Shown here piece after piece: positions 17,744 through 27,683 of a stretch of DNA of 64,000 nucleotides (positions are counted from its first letter, which is position 1; each line of letters opens with the position of its first letter). The translations under genes and the position numbers were made by a program. The notes under the pieces were generated by a model. It saw only the letters and a list, made by a program, of their open reading frames with translations. It did not search any database and was not told the DNA's origin. The DNA is from Candidatus Poribacteria bacterium (GTDB lineage Bacteria; Poribacteria; WGA-4E; WGA-3G): contig OZ251518.1 of NCBI GenBank assembly GCA_965242965.1, positions 371,680 through 435,679 on the forward strand. Reading direction: 5' to 3'.

Positions 17744-18907
17744 CTACCCGGCATTGTCCAACCGTTCCGTTTCTTTCGCTAACCATGTGCCATAATCGCG
17801 GGGCATTTCTGGCATGTCGCCCAATCCAACTTCGGCGCGCCACTGCAATAAGGGATGCTCCCGATTTTTCTGGGGCAACTCCACACGGGTGCCACGGACA
17901 GCGGACTCGAAAATGCCCATGAGCACCTCAAGCACGTGTCGTCCTTCTTCCCCGCTGCATTCATGTTCGCGGTTTTCGTCAAGGGAGTTGACGTATTCCT
18001 CAACGATGCCATAGTCGTCGGCATCCGCGCCTTTGCTAGCATCAAAGTGCGGGGGATAGATAGGTGCGAGTTTTTCCCATCTGTCATGCGTTCCGTCCGG
18101 CACAAAATGCGGCGTTGGCAGCCACCACGCGCCTCGCAATTCTGACCAGAAGAGTCGCCCCTCGGTGCCGTAGAGTTCCATCGCATAGGCATCGCTATCC
18201 ACCTTTGGGCACCGGTGTTGGAGCAGCGTACCGGTAACATGTCCATCGAATTGAAGTGTGGCGGTGACGTATTCGCCCGCGATGATGCCCATCCCACTCG
18301 GCGAAGGGAGAACATCGTTTGGCGTGATGGCACGTCCCCCGGTAGTCGCCTGCGTCACGACGCTCCGGCAATGCCCGCCGAAACGGAGCATGTTGTTGAT
18401 GACATGCGTCCCGATGTTCATGAGTCCATAGCCTGCGTAATACCCCTTGCCGCTGGCGTAAATGTATCGGAGTTCGCCGATTTTGCCTTCGTTGAGGACT
18501 TTGGCGACAGCCTGCATCGTCGGGCTAACACGCCGCTGATGATGCACGACGACGCGCGCGTTTTTCTCCTTCGCTTTCGCCAGCACTGCATCGGCTTGAA
18601 CCAGATCGATGCAGATGGGTTTTTCTACCTCAATGTTCACGCCGTGTTCCAGCACGCGCATGGCGAGCGGGTAGTGCGCGTCTGTTGCTGTCGGAATAGC
18701 GACGATGTCGGGTGAAGTCTGCCGGATCATCTCATCTAAATCGGTGAACTGCGCGGAGACGTTTACGATGTCGCCGAGTGCGTCTAACCGTTCTTGCACC
18801 AGATCACAGAGTGCGACGATTTCTGTGCGTGGGTGCGCGTGGTATGCTTTCGCGGCTGATGTGCCGCGGCTGCGGCAGCCTAAAATGGCAACGCGATAGG
18901 TTTTCAT
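17744..18907 (-). CDS. Gfo/Idh/MocA family NAD(P)-dependent oxidoreductase
   Basis: N-terminal Rossmann RVAILGCRSRG...EKP motif. Confidence 0.8.
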   Translation of the reverse strand: MKTYRVAILGCRSRGTSAAKAYHAHPRTEIVALCDLVQERLDALGDIVNVSAQFTDLDEMIRQTSPDIVAIPTATDAHYPLAMRVLEHGVNIEVEKPICIDLVQADAVLAKAKEKNARVVVHHQRRVSPTMQAVAKVLNEGKIGELRYIYASGKGYYAGYGLMNIGTHVINNMLRFGGHCRSVVTQATTGGRAITPNDVLPSPSGMGIIAGEYVTATLQFDGHVTGTLLQHRCPKVDSDAYAMELYGTEGRLFWSELRGAWWLPTPHFVPDGTHDRWEKLAPIYPPHFDASKGADADDYGIVEEYVNSLDENREHECSGEEGRHVLEVLMGIFESAVRGTRVELPQKNREHPLLQWRAEVGLGDMPEMPRDYGTWLAKETERLDNAG

Positions 18908-19039
18908 GATTTTTCTCCTCTGTTTTGTGTTATTTTAACGTCTTTTGGATTTTAATGTCAAGTTTTTTTGGTGATAAGGCCATTTTTGGGGAGGCGGCGG
19001 TTTTGCAGGGTTCCGATGTTTCAGGAGTGTCAAGGACGG

Positions 19040-19320
19040 GAGGTATTGCATTGAGACCAGGAGGTCTCTTCCCTACCGGAAGGCATCGGGCCCATCTCTG
19101 TAGTTCGGGATCGCCTGATCCCGAACGGTTCAGGATCGGGCGATCCTGACCTACAGAGGTGAGGCGGTCTGACTCCAAAACGCATGGCGAGGGACAGGCC
19201 CTCGCCCTACGGTGAAGGGGGGGGCTTTCTGCCGCCGCGGCCCCGGTAGGCGCGCCGCCCTATTGCATCGAGACCGGAAGGTCTCGCCTACTGAGGCGGA
19301 TATAAGCGCGAATTCGTTTC
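19040..19320. repeat. REP cluster (families 1, 2, 3)
   Basis: Direct reading. Confidence 0.85.
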
Positions 19321-19325
19321 ATGGT

Positions 19326-20063
19326 TTACCGCCTTTGTAAACCTAAGAATTCGTAGGGGTCGATGCCCCCTTCTTCAAAAGGAACAATTTTTATGTCCGA
19401 GGGAATATCAGCCTCGGTAAAATCGTCTCCTTTTGCTTCTTGAATGGCTTCGATACGATTGCAAGCCGCCGGATCGCCTATCATTGTACCGATATATCTA
19501 ACGATGCCAGGCGGTCCGAGATATTCCTCCCATTTGATATGGACGGTGCCTGGGATCATCGGATATACCAAACCGTTATCCATCACGGAGCCCCTGACAT
19601 CTATTCCTTGATGTGCGAGTTTTATCTCGACGCGCATCATTAATTCATGCGTCGCAGATTGGCGCGGCCAGATATCGGCTGGCCACCCTGCCGGCAACGG
19701 CGGATAGGGCCCGAAGCCGTAAGGCGACACAGGAACAGCCTCTGACTCCGCCAAGGGAAGTTCGGCATCCGAGTTAGGAGTGCCCTCTGTCTCTTCGGCT
19801 TGTTCCGTGGCCGCCGGTGCCACGTTGAGGGTGTCGGCGGGTTGCGAGAGGCGTTCAACAAGCTGTGGGTTTTTGATGACCTGAGGGGTGACAATAGGTG
19901 CGCTGGGATGCGTTAGATTCCGTTCTTCTTGTAACTGCTTGAAGGCTTTGTCTTCCGCAGCGAGTTTTTTCATCTCGTGGTGGTACCAGAGCGTGAAGCC
20001 GCCAGCAATCACGCAGAAGAGGAGGAGCGCGCCGAGGAGCACCCGGACATCATGGGTTCTCAT
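19326..20063 (-). CDS. Hypothetical single-pass membrane-anchored protein (245 aa)
   Basis: N-terminal TM LLGALLLFCVIAGGFTLW. No recognisable catalytic motif. Confidence 0.5.
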   Translation of the reverse strand: MRTHDVRVLLGALLLFCVIAGGFTLWYHHEMKKLAAEDKAFKQLQEERNLTHPSAPIVTPQVIKNPQLVERLSQPADTLNVAPAATEQAEETEGTPNSDAELPLAESEAVPVSPYGFGPYPPLPAGWPADIWPRQSATHELMMRVEIKLAHQGIDVRGSVMDNGLVYPMIPGTVHIKWEEYLGPPGIVRYIGTMIGDPAACNRIEAIQEAKGDDFTEADIPSDIKIVPFEEGGIDPYEFLGLQRR

Positions 20064-20149
20064 GTTGAGGGCCTCGTCGGTTGTGAGGTTACCTTTTTAA
20101 AAGGAGAACCTCAGGCTGAATTTAAATGAGGGGGTTTCATAAATCGATG

Positions 20150-20620
20150 CACACCCGTAGGAGAGACCTCCTGGTCTTGATGTTCCCGTAGCGCGGGGGC
20201 CTGTCCCCCGCGAGCGTTGGATTGCACCGACGATGGCGAGGGACAGGCCCTCGCCCTACGGTGAGGGAGGGGCGTTTTTTTCGTAGCGCGGGGGCCTGTC
20301 CCCCGCGATCTCCATCGTCACGATGTGTGTTTCCCCCTCTGTAGTTCGGGATCGCCTGATCCCGAACGGGTCAGGATCAGGCGATCCTGACCTACAGAGG
20401 GGATGCGGTCTGACTCCAAAACGCATGGCGAGGGACAAGTTTTCCCACCGCCCCACGGCGAAAGGGACCGTTTTTTACCGTAGCGCGGGGGCCTGTCCCC
20501 CGCGATCGTTGCATGGCGAGGGACAGGCCCTCGCCCTACGGTGAGGGGAGGGTTTTTGTCGTAGCGCGGGGGCCGGAGGCAATCGAGACCAGGAGGTCTC
20601 TCCTACCGGGGAGTGCCGCT
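20150..20620. repeat. REP cluster (families 1, 2, 3)
   Basis: Direct reading. Confidence 0.85.
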
Positions 20621-20674
20621 GCGTTCAAATTCATCGTTTATTTATCACGCGTCCGCCGCGGGTAATCGCGGCAT

Positions 20675-22597
20675 CTACGGATAAAATTGATACATCGTCG
20701 TATTCAAGAGGACATTCAGTAAACTCCACATGCTGCCCATAAGATAATCGCCGAGGACGAGCCCGAGGAAAAAGGGAATCACGCGCCGATAACTTTGGAT
20801 GCCGCCGTGGCGCAGAATCAACCATTTTAAGAACAAGGCAATGACGAGCGGTATCCAGAGATCAGACATTTCTTGGTTGCTTGCCATGACGTAGCCGAGC
20901 GGATGCAATGGCAGCCAGAAGAATTTGACGCGCAGATAGGACAATGCCATCATCACCGTAAATCCGATGCCGATGAAAATAACGCCTATCCAGTCCGTGT
21001 CAAGTGGATAGGTTATCCAATTCGTCAACCGCCCGAAATACTCGCGGCCGTAGCCGAGCGACCAGGGCCCGAAGTAGCCGGAATCCGAGCCGAATTGGTA
21101 ATAGAGGTGCAGTTGCACCCAGAAGGCGACGAGGGCACCGAATACGGTTGCGATGAGAATTGTCCAGAGCATTCGCCGTTGCGATATGCGTGCGACTTCG
21201 GCAATTTTAAACGCTTCTAGTTGATGCGGCATCTGTTGCGGACGATAGTCTCGGTTGAAAAAGCACACCGAGAGTGCGGTGAGATTCCGTGCGCCGAGTC
21301 GGTGCGTGCCTAGCACGGTGTTTAAGATGTATCGCGGTGCTTGCCAGTGGTAAGCATGCACAAAAATGCCGGATTCTGCGCGGATGCGCGTCGTCACTAT
21401 CGGCGTGATGAGGAACAGCACGGCGAATACGAACGCCAGCCACACTGCCATCCCTGCCTTGTAAAGCAGAAACGCGAACAACAAGATACCGAGCACAAAT
21501 CCCCAGACTGCCATCCGATAGGACATCGGTTCGTCGCGGGCTTGCGTTTGAGCCTCGCGTCCAAGAGAAGTCGCGCTTTTCAACACCGAGCGGAAGTGCC
21601 GTTTGCCTGTCCACGCGAAGAAAAAGCATAACCCGATGAACGCGCCGATAGTCTGCTCGTTGAGATAGGGGAAGTTCGGGATGCTGTGCCATCCTACCGC
21701 TCTTGCCAATGCGACTTCGTTCCGATAGAGGAAATAGAAAAAGGTGGTTGAGAACAGCACGTCTAACGGCATGAGGAACATGATGCCGATGGCGAACGGA
21801 TAGAAGGCGGTGATAATCGTCCCATAGAGACTAAACGGCGGCTCGTGAAACGTGAAAAATCGGCGCGTGACAGGGATGTGCGGAATGACCGGGTAGAGAT
21901 GACTTAATCCGTTAAAGAGACTGATACCGGCGGCAATGCTAAACCCTATCCACATCCGTTTATTCCGAAAGAAGCGGGAAGTAGGGTTTGTCATCGCAAG
22001 CGGCAGTTGGATGATGGGGAACGTGAGGCGTTCGCGTTCTGCCCACTGTCGGCGCAGGATAGTATTGAGGCAGAGAAAGATGAACGCCGTGACGAGGAAT
22101 AGCAATATCCACGCTGCGACAACAGGAACCCACACTCGCAGGTGTTGCGATAGATACAGGCTAGATTCGCCGAGGTAGTAACCGCGCAACGCGTCTCTAT
22201 CTGAAACGGTGAGCCATTGCGGGAGGTGATGCCAAAATAGCGTCCGCCATTCGTTTTCTTCCGTGGCGAACCAAGTGCTGTGTCCAAGCACCGACAAGAT
22301 GGCTTGCAAGACATCGCATCCGGCTAGAGTTGTGGCGAGGCTGAGCGTGACATAGAGGAATAGCAGTTCGCCTTGTCCGAATGCGAGACTGCTTTTCAGT
22401 AGGCGGATAACCCCGTTAATCAACATCACGGCGGTGAGGATGAAAATCACGTTGGAGAGCGGCACCACCCATGTCGGAAAGGTGTATCGCACCAATTCCA
22501 TTTGAATGAGGAAATAGCAGTTGATAGGCGCGGTGATAGCGAAAAGTAGCACGACGCGCCAAGTGAGGGTTCTCTGTTGTGGGGATTTCAATTCCAT
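20675..22597 (-). CDS. Polytopic integral membrane protein (641 aa, 12 or more predicted TM helices), function unknown
   Basis: Hydrophobic segments throughout. Start MELKSPQQ at 22597, preceded by a sigma70-like promoter TTGCAT-N17-TATCAT (about 22620..22668, minus strand). The caller's extension to 22711 is rejected. Confidence 0.6.
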   Translation of the reverse strand: MELKSPQQRTLTWRVVLLFAITAPINCYFLIQMELVRYTFPTWVVPLSNVIFILTAVMLINGVIRLLKSSLAFGQGELLFLYVTLSLATTLAGCDVLQAILSVLGHSTWFATEENEWRTLFWHHLPQWLTVSDRDALRGYYLGESSLYLSQHLRVWVPVVAAWILLFLVTAFIFLCLNTILRRQWAERERLTFPIIQLPLAMTNPTSRFFRNKRMWIGFSIAAGISLFNGLSHLYPVIPHIPVTRRFFTFHEPPFSLYGTIITAFYPFAIGIMFLMPLDVLFSTTFFYFLYRNEVALARAVGWHSIPNFPYLNEQTIGAFIGLCFFFAWTGKRHFRSVLKSATSLGREAQTQARDEPMSYRMAVWGFVLGILLFAFLLYKAGMAVWLAFVFAVLFLITPIVTTRIRAESGIFVHAYHWQAPRYILNTVLGTHRLGARNLTALSVCFFNRDYRPQQMPHQLEAFKIAEVARISQRRMLWTILIATVFGALVAFWVQLHLYYQFGSDSGYFGPWSLGYGREYFGRLTNWITYPLDTDWIGVIFIGIGFTVMMALSYLRVKFFWLPLHPLGYVMASNQEMSDLWIPLVIALFLKWLILRHGGIQSYRRVIPFFLGLVLGDYLMGSMWSLLNVLLNTTMYQFYP

Positions 22598-22804
22598 CTG
22601 TCGCTCGATTTTCGTTGGAGTGGTTTTCTGAAAACGCAATGTTTTTGATGATAACAGAATTCCATTTGCAATGCAAGTGAAAATGTGGTATGCTATAAAT
22701 ATGAACAGCAATTTTCGGAATGGTATCAGCGAACTCGCGCGGGCGAGTCGGCATCGTTTAACGGAGGATTTATTGATGAGGGTGTTTCATAAATACCGAA
22801 AGGC

Positions 22805-22990
22805 ATCGAACCCGCCTCTGTAGTTCGGGAGCGCCCGCTCCCGAACGGGTCAGGATCAGGCGATCCTGACCTACAGGAGGGATGCGGTCTGATAGCCAAA
22901 CGCATGGCGAGGGCCTGTCCCTCGTCCTACGTGAAGGGGCGGCGTTTTTTTCATCGTAGCGCGGGGGGCTCGGATGCCACACGCGCCTCC
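22805..22990. repeat. REP cluster (families 2 and 1)
   Basis: Direct reading. Confidence 0.85.
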
Positions 22991-23043
22991 AATCGGGTTT
23001 CCCCCGCGACATTGAACGACTTATGAAACACCCTTGATTTATT

Positions 23044-23307
23044 ATGGATTCTGAAACGGTTAAGCGTCGCATCTACGAGACGCTCAAAGCGGGATATTTC
23101 AACGATGATGACGATTACGTTGATGTCTCCAACGGTTCTGGCGATGATATCGAAATTGTCGTCGTCAGCCGAAAATTTGAAGGCCACAATCGATGGAGGC
23201 GGGTAGATATTATCCTTGATGAACTCGTCAAGCACCTGTCGCCGGCGGAATGGGGACATGTGTTCTTCTCTATCGGCGTGCTTCCGGAAGAGGTCCGCTT
23301 TTTGTAG
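23044..23307 (+). CDS. Small BolA-like protein (87 aa)
   Basis: IEIVVVSRKFEG...RWRRVDIILDEL...SPAEWG loosely matches the BolA family signature. Confidence 0.35.
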   Translation: MDSETVKRRIYETLKAGYFNDDDDYVDVSNGSGDDIEIVVVSRKFEGHNRWRRVDIILDELVKHLSPAEWGHVFFSIGVLPEEVRFL

Positions 23308-23355
23308 TGGATACGGCGGATAATCGAGCCCGGGAGGGCGCGACGAAAGGACAAA

Positions 23356-25059
23356 ATGCACGGCTCAATGATGAACTATCCATTGAATATCGCGCGGATT
23401 TTGGAACATGCACGCCGCATCCACGGCGATAAACGGGTGACGACATACAGTTCCGATGTTCTGCAGAGTTACACTTACGCTGAGTTTTATCGCCGCGTTC
23501 AACGGCTGGCGAACGTCCTCATCCGGCGCGGTATACGGCCGGGGGATAGGGTGGCGACCTATGCCTTGAATACATATCAGCACTTGGAGCTCTATTATGC
23601 GATTCCGTGCATCGGCGCGGTGCTTCACCCGCTCAACGTCCGCCTCACTGCCGCCCAACTCGCCGAAATCGTGCGAGAGGCAGAGGATAAACTTGTCTTT
23701 GTCGATGACAGGTTTGCCTCGCAGTTTGAAGAACTGCAGGAAGAAATCGGATGCCTACCGAGAATCTTTTGCTCCTCTGAGTCGGACGATTATGAGCCAC
23801 TTATCGCCGCCGCAGAAGAAACGGAAACGTGGGATATTCAGGACGAAAACTGGGCGATGGGACTTTGCTATACGAGTGGAACGAGTGGTGAACCACGCGG
23901 TGTCCTCTACACGCACCGCTCCATGTTCCTTCACACGATGGCGGTGAATCAGGCAGATGTGTTCGGCTTAACGGAGGCGGATGTCGTGCTCCCGCTCGTG
24001 CCGATGTTTCACGCGATGGCGTGGGGATTGCCGTATGCTTCGCTGTTTGTAGGCGCGGATTTGGTGCTACCCGGCGATGCTAAACCTGCGCAGATTGCTG
24101 CACTCATCGCTGAAACGGGGGTAACCGTCGCCGCTGGTGTTCCCACGGTCTGGGGAAAAGTGTATCCCGAATTACAGAAGCGCGCGCGAGATATTGCTTC
24201 ACTGCGGCTCATCATCGTCGGTGGGGAAGCGATGCCGATGACGCTCATCAAGGCTTATGAAAAGGAGCTCGGTGTTGAGGTGCGCCACGCCTGGGGGATG
24301 ACGGAGATGTCGCCGACCGGCACGTTATCGACACTCCGCCGCGCACATCAGAACCTGTCTGATACTGAAAAATGGCAGGTGAAGGCACTGCAAGGCAGCC
24401 CGGTGCCGGGGGTTGAGATTCGGCTGGTAGAAGAGAAACGGAGTTCGGATGAACTTACGGGAATGCATCGAGACCGGGAGGTCTCGCCTACTGGGCTGGA
24501 GCATTATGATGACGACGCACAGATCAAAATGCATCGAGACCAGGAGGTCTCGCCTACGGTAGAAGAGAAATGTAGTTCGGATGCACTGCCTTGGGACGGA
24601 GAAACGGTAGGCGAGCTGCAGGTGAGGAGTCCTTGGACAGCGAATAGTTATTACAAAACGGAGCCGATGCCAGAACATTTCACGGCGGACGGATGGTTGC
24701 GCACCGGCGATATCGCGACTATCAACCCGGAAGGCTATGTGCAGATTGTGGATAGGGCGAAGGCACTCATTCGGAGCGGCGGCGAGTCTATCTCAAGCAT
24801 CGCATTGGAGACGGCGTTGATGGCGCACCCACAGGTGCTTGATGCCGCTGTCATCGGTATCCCTGACGAGCAGTGGGGTGAACGTCCGGTCGCCGTTGTC
24901 GTCTGTGAATCTGCGACGGCTGCGCAACTCAAGGTATGCCTCGCAACCCAATTCCCGAAGTTTTGGATACCAGACCGGTTTATCTTTGTTGATGAGCTCC
25001 CGAAAACCAGCGTTGGAAAATCTGATAAGCGAGAGATTCGGAGACGAGTTTTATCCTAA
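23356..25059 (+). CDS. AMP-dependent synthetase/ligase (long-chain fatty-acid--CoA ligase-like). Carries an in-frame 132-bp palindromic-repeat insertion at 24457..24588.
   Basis: AMP-binding motifs (YTSGTSGEPRGV, GEL.VR.PW, TGD.....EGY, final K). The insertion encodes MHRDREVSPTG twice. Confidence 0.75.
   Translation: MHGSMMNYPLNIARILEHARRIHGDKRVTTYSSDVLQSYTYAEFYRRVQRLANVLIRRGIRPGDRVATYALNTYQHLELYYAIPCIGAVLHPLNVRLTAAQLAEIVREAEDKLVFVDDRFASQFEELQEEIGCLPRIFCSSESDDYEPLIAAAEETETWDIQDENWAMGLCYTSGTSGEPRGVLYTHRSMFLHTMAVNQADVFGLTEADVVLPLVPMFHAMAWGLPYASLFVGADLVLPGDAKPAQIAALIAETGVTVAAGVPTVWGKVYPELQKRARDIASLRLIIVGGEAMPMTLIKAYEKELGVEVRHAWGMTEMSPTGTLSTLRRAHQNLSDTEKWQVKALQGSPVPGVEIRLVEEKRSSDELTGMHRDREVSPTGLEHYDDDAQIKMHRDQEVSPTVEEKCSSDALPWDGETVGELQVRSPWTANSYYKTEPMPEHFTADGWLRTGDIATINPEGYVQIVDRAKALIRSGGESISSIALETALMAHPQVLDAAVIGIPDEQWGERPVAVVVCESATAAQLKVCLATQFPKFWIPDRFIFVDELPKTSVGKSDKREIRRRVLS
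24466..24560. repeat. Two family-3 palindromes (ATGCATCGAGACCrGGAGGTCTCGCCTAC) inside the CoA-ligase ORF, flanked by a 30-bp direct duplication (24425..24455 and 24558..24588)
   Basis: Direct reading. The reading frame is preserved (132 bp). Confidence 0.8.
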
Positions 25060-25085
25060 CCAGAAAGCAAACGGAGGAACCGCTC

Positions 25086-26120
25086 ATGAAAATGAAAGCC
25101 GCTATTTACACGGGCATTGAGCAGATTGCGATTCGGGAGGTGGAACGGAACGAACCCCCACCCGGCTATGTGCTTGTGGATACCAAGCAGACCGGGATTT
25201 GTGGCAGTGACTTGCACAGTTATTTCGGGCATTGGGGGCAATCGCATGAACACGCCGCTGGCCACGAAACTTGTGGCACAGTCGTCGCACTCGGCGATGA
25301 CGTTACCGATTTTGAAATCGGGGACAAGGTCGCGGTGGAATGTTTCTCGCACTGCAGCGCGTGCAAGTATTGCGAGACCGGGCAGTATAACCTCTGCCGG
25401 CATCGCGCTTGGATCTCGCCGAAGATGCACGGTGGTTTCGCCGAATACACGGCAACGCACCACTCTGGGCTGTTTCAACTGCCGGCGACGATGACGTTTG
25501 AGGAGGGCGCGCTCGTTGAGCCGCTTGCTGTATCGCACCGGGCTGTCGCGCGCACCGGTGCGAATTCCCGTGATAGCATCGCCATTATCGGCGGCGGCAC
25601 CATCGGACAATTCTGTTTGGCGGATGCCGTTGCCGCGGGGATAAAGGAGACGTTGATTACCGTCAAATATGAACAGCAGGCGGAATTGGCGAGGGCTCTT
25701 GGGGCAAACCACGTCGTGAACATCGGTGACACCGATGTGCGCGAGTATGTGAAGGACATCACGGATGGCATCGGTTTTGACGCGGTGGTAGAGACGGTGG
25801 GCGGCGCGGAGAATTTCAATATCGCTACCACTATCGTGCGGAAACAGGGGGCTGTCGTCCTTGTCGCGGGGTATTACAAACCGCTTGAGGTGAACCTTTC
25901 CACTATCGTCTGGTCGGAGGCGTTTATCACCGGCTCGAACTGTTATGGCTATAGTGGGATGGAAACCGATTTTGAGGCGGCAATCGAACTTATCGCCTCT
26001 GGGAAGGTGGATGCGACGAAGTTGGTAACGCATCGCTATCCGTTTGATGAGATTGAGGAGGCGTTCCGCGTCTCTGCCGATAAAACCTCTGGCGCGATTA
26101 AGGTGCATGTGTGTCAGTAG
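25086..26120 (+). CDS. Zinc-dependent alcohol dehydrogenase (MDR family, sorbitol/threonine-DH-like)
   Basis: GICGSDLH, GHE..G, catalytic and structural Zn cysteines C..C..C, Rossmann GGGTIG. Confidence 0.8.
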   Translation: MKMKAAIYTGIEQIAIREVERNEPPPGYVLVDTKQTGICGSDLHSYFGHWGQSHEHAAGHETCGTVVALGDDVTDFEIGDKVAVECFSHCSACKYCETGQYNLCRHRAWISPKMHGGFAEYTATHHSGLFQLPATMTFEEGALVEPLAVSHRAVARTGANSRDSIAIIGGGTIGQFCLADAVAAGIKETLITVKYEQQAELARALGANHVVNIGDTDVREYVKDITDGIGFDAVVETVGGAENFNIATTIVRKQGAVVLVAGYYKPLEVNLSTIVWSEAFITGSNCYGYSGMETDFEAAIELIASGKVDATKLVTHRYPFDEIEEAFRVSADKTSGAIKVHVCQ

Positions 26121-26134
26121 AAACGTCATGGTTC

Positions 26135-26530
26135 GTAGGGTGAGGGGGGCGTTTTGTTTCGTAGCGCGGGGGCCCTCGGATGCCATACGCGCATGCGAGC
26201 GGGTTTCCCCCGCGATCCCCATCGTCATGATGTGTGTTCCCCCTTCTGTAGTTTGTGATCGCCTGATCACAAACAGGTCAGGATCAGGCGATCCTGACCT
26301 ACAGAGGGGAGGAGGTCTGCTGGCCAAACGCATGGCGAGGGACAGGCCCTCGCCCTACGATGAAGGGGGACCTTCTGCCGCCGCGGCCCCGGTAGGCGCG
26401 CCGCCCTATTGCATCGAGACCGGGAGGTCTCTCCTACAAGAAGGAATCGGGCTCACTCTGTAGTTCGGGAGCGCCCGCTCCCGAACAGGTTAGGATCAGG
26501 CGATCCTGACCTACAGAGGTGATGACGTTG
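26135..26530. repeat. REP cluster (families 1, 2, 3)
   Basis: Direct reading. Confidence 0.85.
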
Positions 26531-26650
26531 AGCAATTTATGAAACACCCTGGACTAAGTCAAAAACTGAAACGTGCCTCCCCATGCCGCGTCAAATTTGA
26601 CACTGAATTATGCTGATGCTATACTATAAACGCGCAGGAGGAAGCAACAG

Positions 26651-26893
26651 ATGAAATTTAGTGAACGGACAAAGGGAGGCGCGTTCAGTGTCGGCGAACT
26701 CATTACATGTGATGTCGAAATTATGAGCGGCACACCGGTGTTCAAAAACACGCGTGTCCCTATAAAAAACTTAATCGATTATTTGGGGACAGGGGAGAGC
26801 CTTGACGAGTTTTTGGAGGATTTTCCTTCTGTCACCCGTGAACAAGCTATCCAAACTTTGGAGTTAGCGAAGACTTTTTCCATTGATTTCTAG
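26651..26893 (+). CDS. DUF433-domain small protein (antitoxin-like)
   Basis: SGTPVFKNTRVPIKNLIDYLGTGESLDEFLEDFPSVTREQ matches the DUF433 pattern. Confidence 0.6.
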   Translation: MKFSERTKGGAFSVGELITCDVEIMSGTPVFKNTRVPIKNLIDYLGTGESLDEFLEDFPSVTREQAIQTLELAKTFSIDF

Positions 26894-26919
26894 TTATTCG
26901 TAATGAGGAGAATACGCTT

Positions 26920-27642
26920 ATGCCACAGAAGAACCATCAACTCAGTGCGGTGGAGATGGAGCAGTTCAGGAAACAGGGATACCTCGGTCCTTACACCCTC
27001 TGCAGTCCTGACGAGATGCGAGGTATGCAACCCGAAATTGTGAAGGTGCTGGAAACGGACGCGCCAGATCACAGCGCGCGGGAACATAATCGCCATCTCG
27101 ACTGCGCACTGATTCACGAACTCGCCACGCATCCCGCTATTGTCAAACGGATGGCGGCACTCTACGGGCCAGATCTCCTGCTCTGGCGCACCAACTTCTT
27201 TGTCAAGGAACCGGGCGCGAAGGAGATTCCGTGGCACCAAGACTTTAACTATTGGCCCCTTGAGCCGCCTATTATCATCTCGGCGTGGATTGCCGTTGAT
27301 GCGGCGACGCTGGAAAATAGTTGCCTCCAGATTATTCCCGGTTCACACCGCAAGGTGGTGCCGCACGTGAAGGCGACATCCGACATGGCATTCGGCCAGA
27401 TGGGCGACTTGGGGTTTATTGATACGGACAGTTGCGTCAATCTGGAGATGCAACCCGGCGAGTTCGTGCTTTTCAACGAGCGGACGCTGCATCATTCCGA
27501 TGCGAATCGTTCCGATAAACGGCGCATCGGCTTGGCGGTGCGCGTCATTGTCCCGATTGTCAAAGTGCTGGATTGGGACGCGCCGAAGCACGAACTGATT
27601 GTTATCCACGGCGAAGATCCGGTTCAATTCAATGTCCGATAA
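26920..27642 (+). CDS. Phytanoyl-CoA dioxygenase (PhyH) family oxygenase
   Basis: WHQDFNYWP...IIPGSHRK motifs. Confidence 0.7.
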   Translation: MPQKNHQLSAVEMEQFRKQGYLGPYTLCSPDEMRGMQPEIVKVLETDAPDHSAREHNRHLDCALIHELATHPAIVKRMAALYGPDLLLWRTNFFVKEPGAKEIPWHQDFNYWPLEPPIIISAWIAVDAATLENSCLQIIPGSHRKVVPHVKATSDMAFGQMGDLGFIDTDSCVNLEMQPGEFVLFNERTLHHSDANRSDKRRIGLAVRVIVPIVKVLDWDAPKHELIVIHGEDPVQFNVR

Positions 27643-27683
27643 GCGCGATGTCCCATCGTGCAAACTTTCATAAGGAGAGAAAT

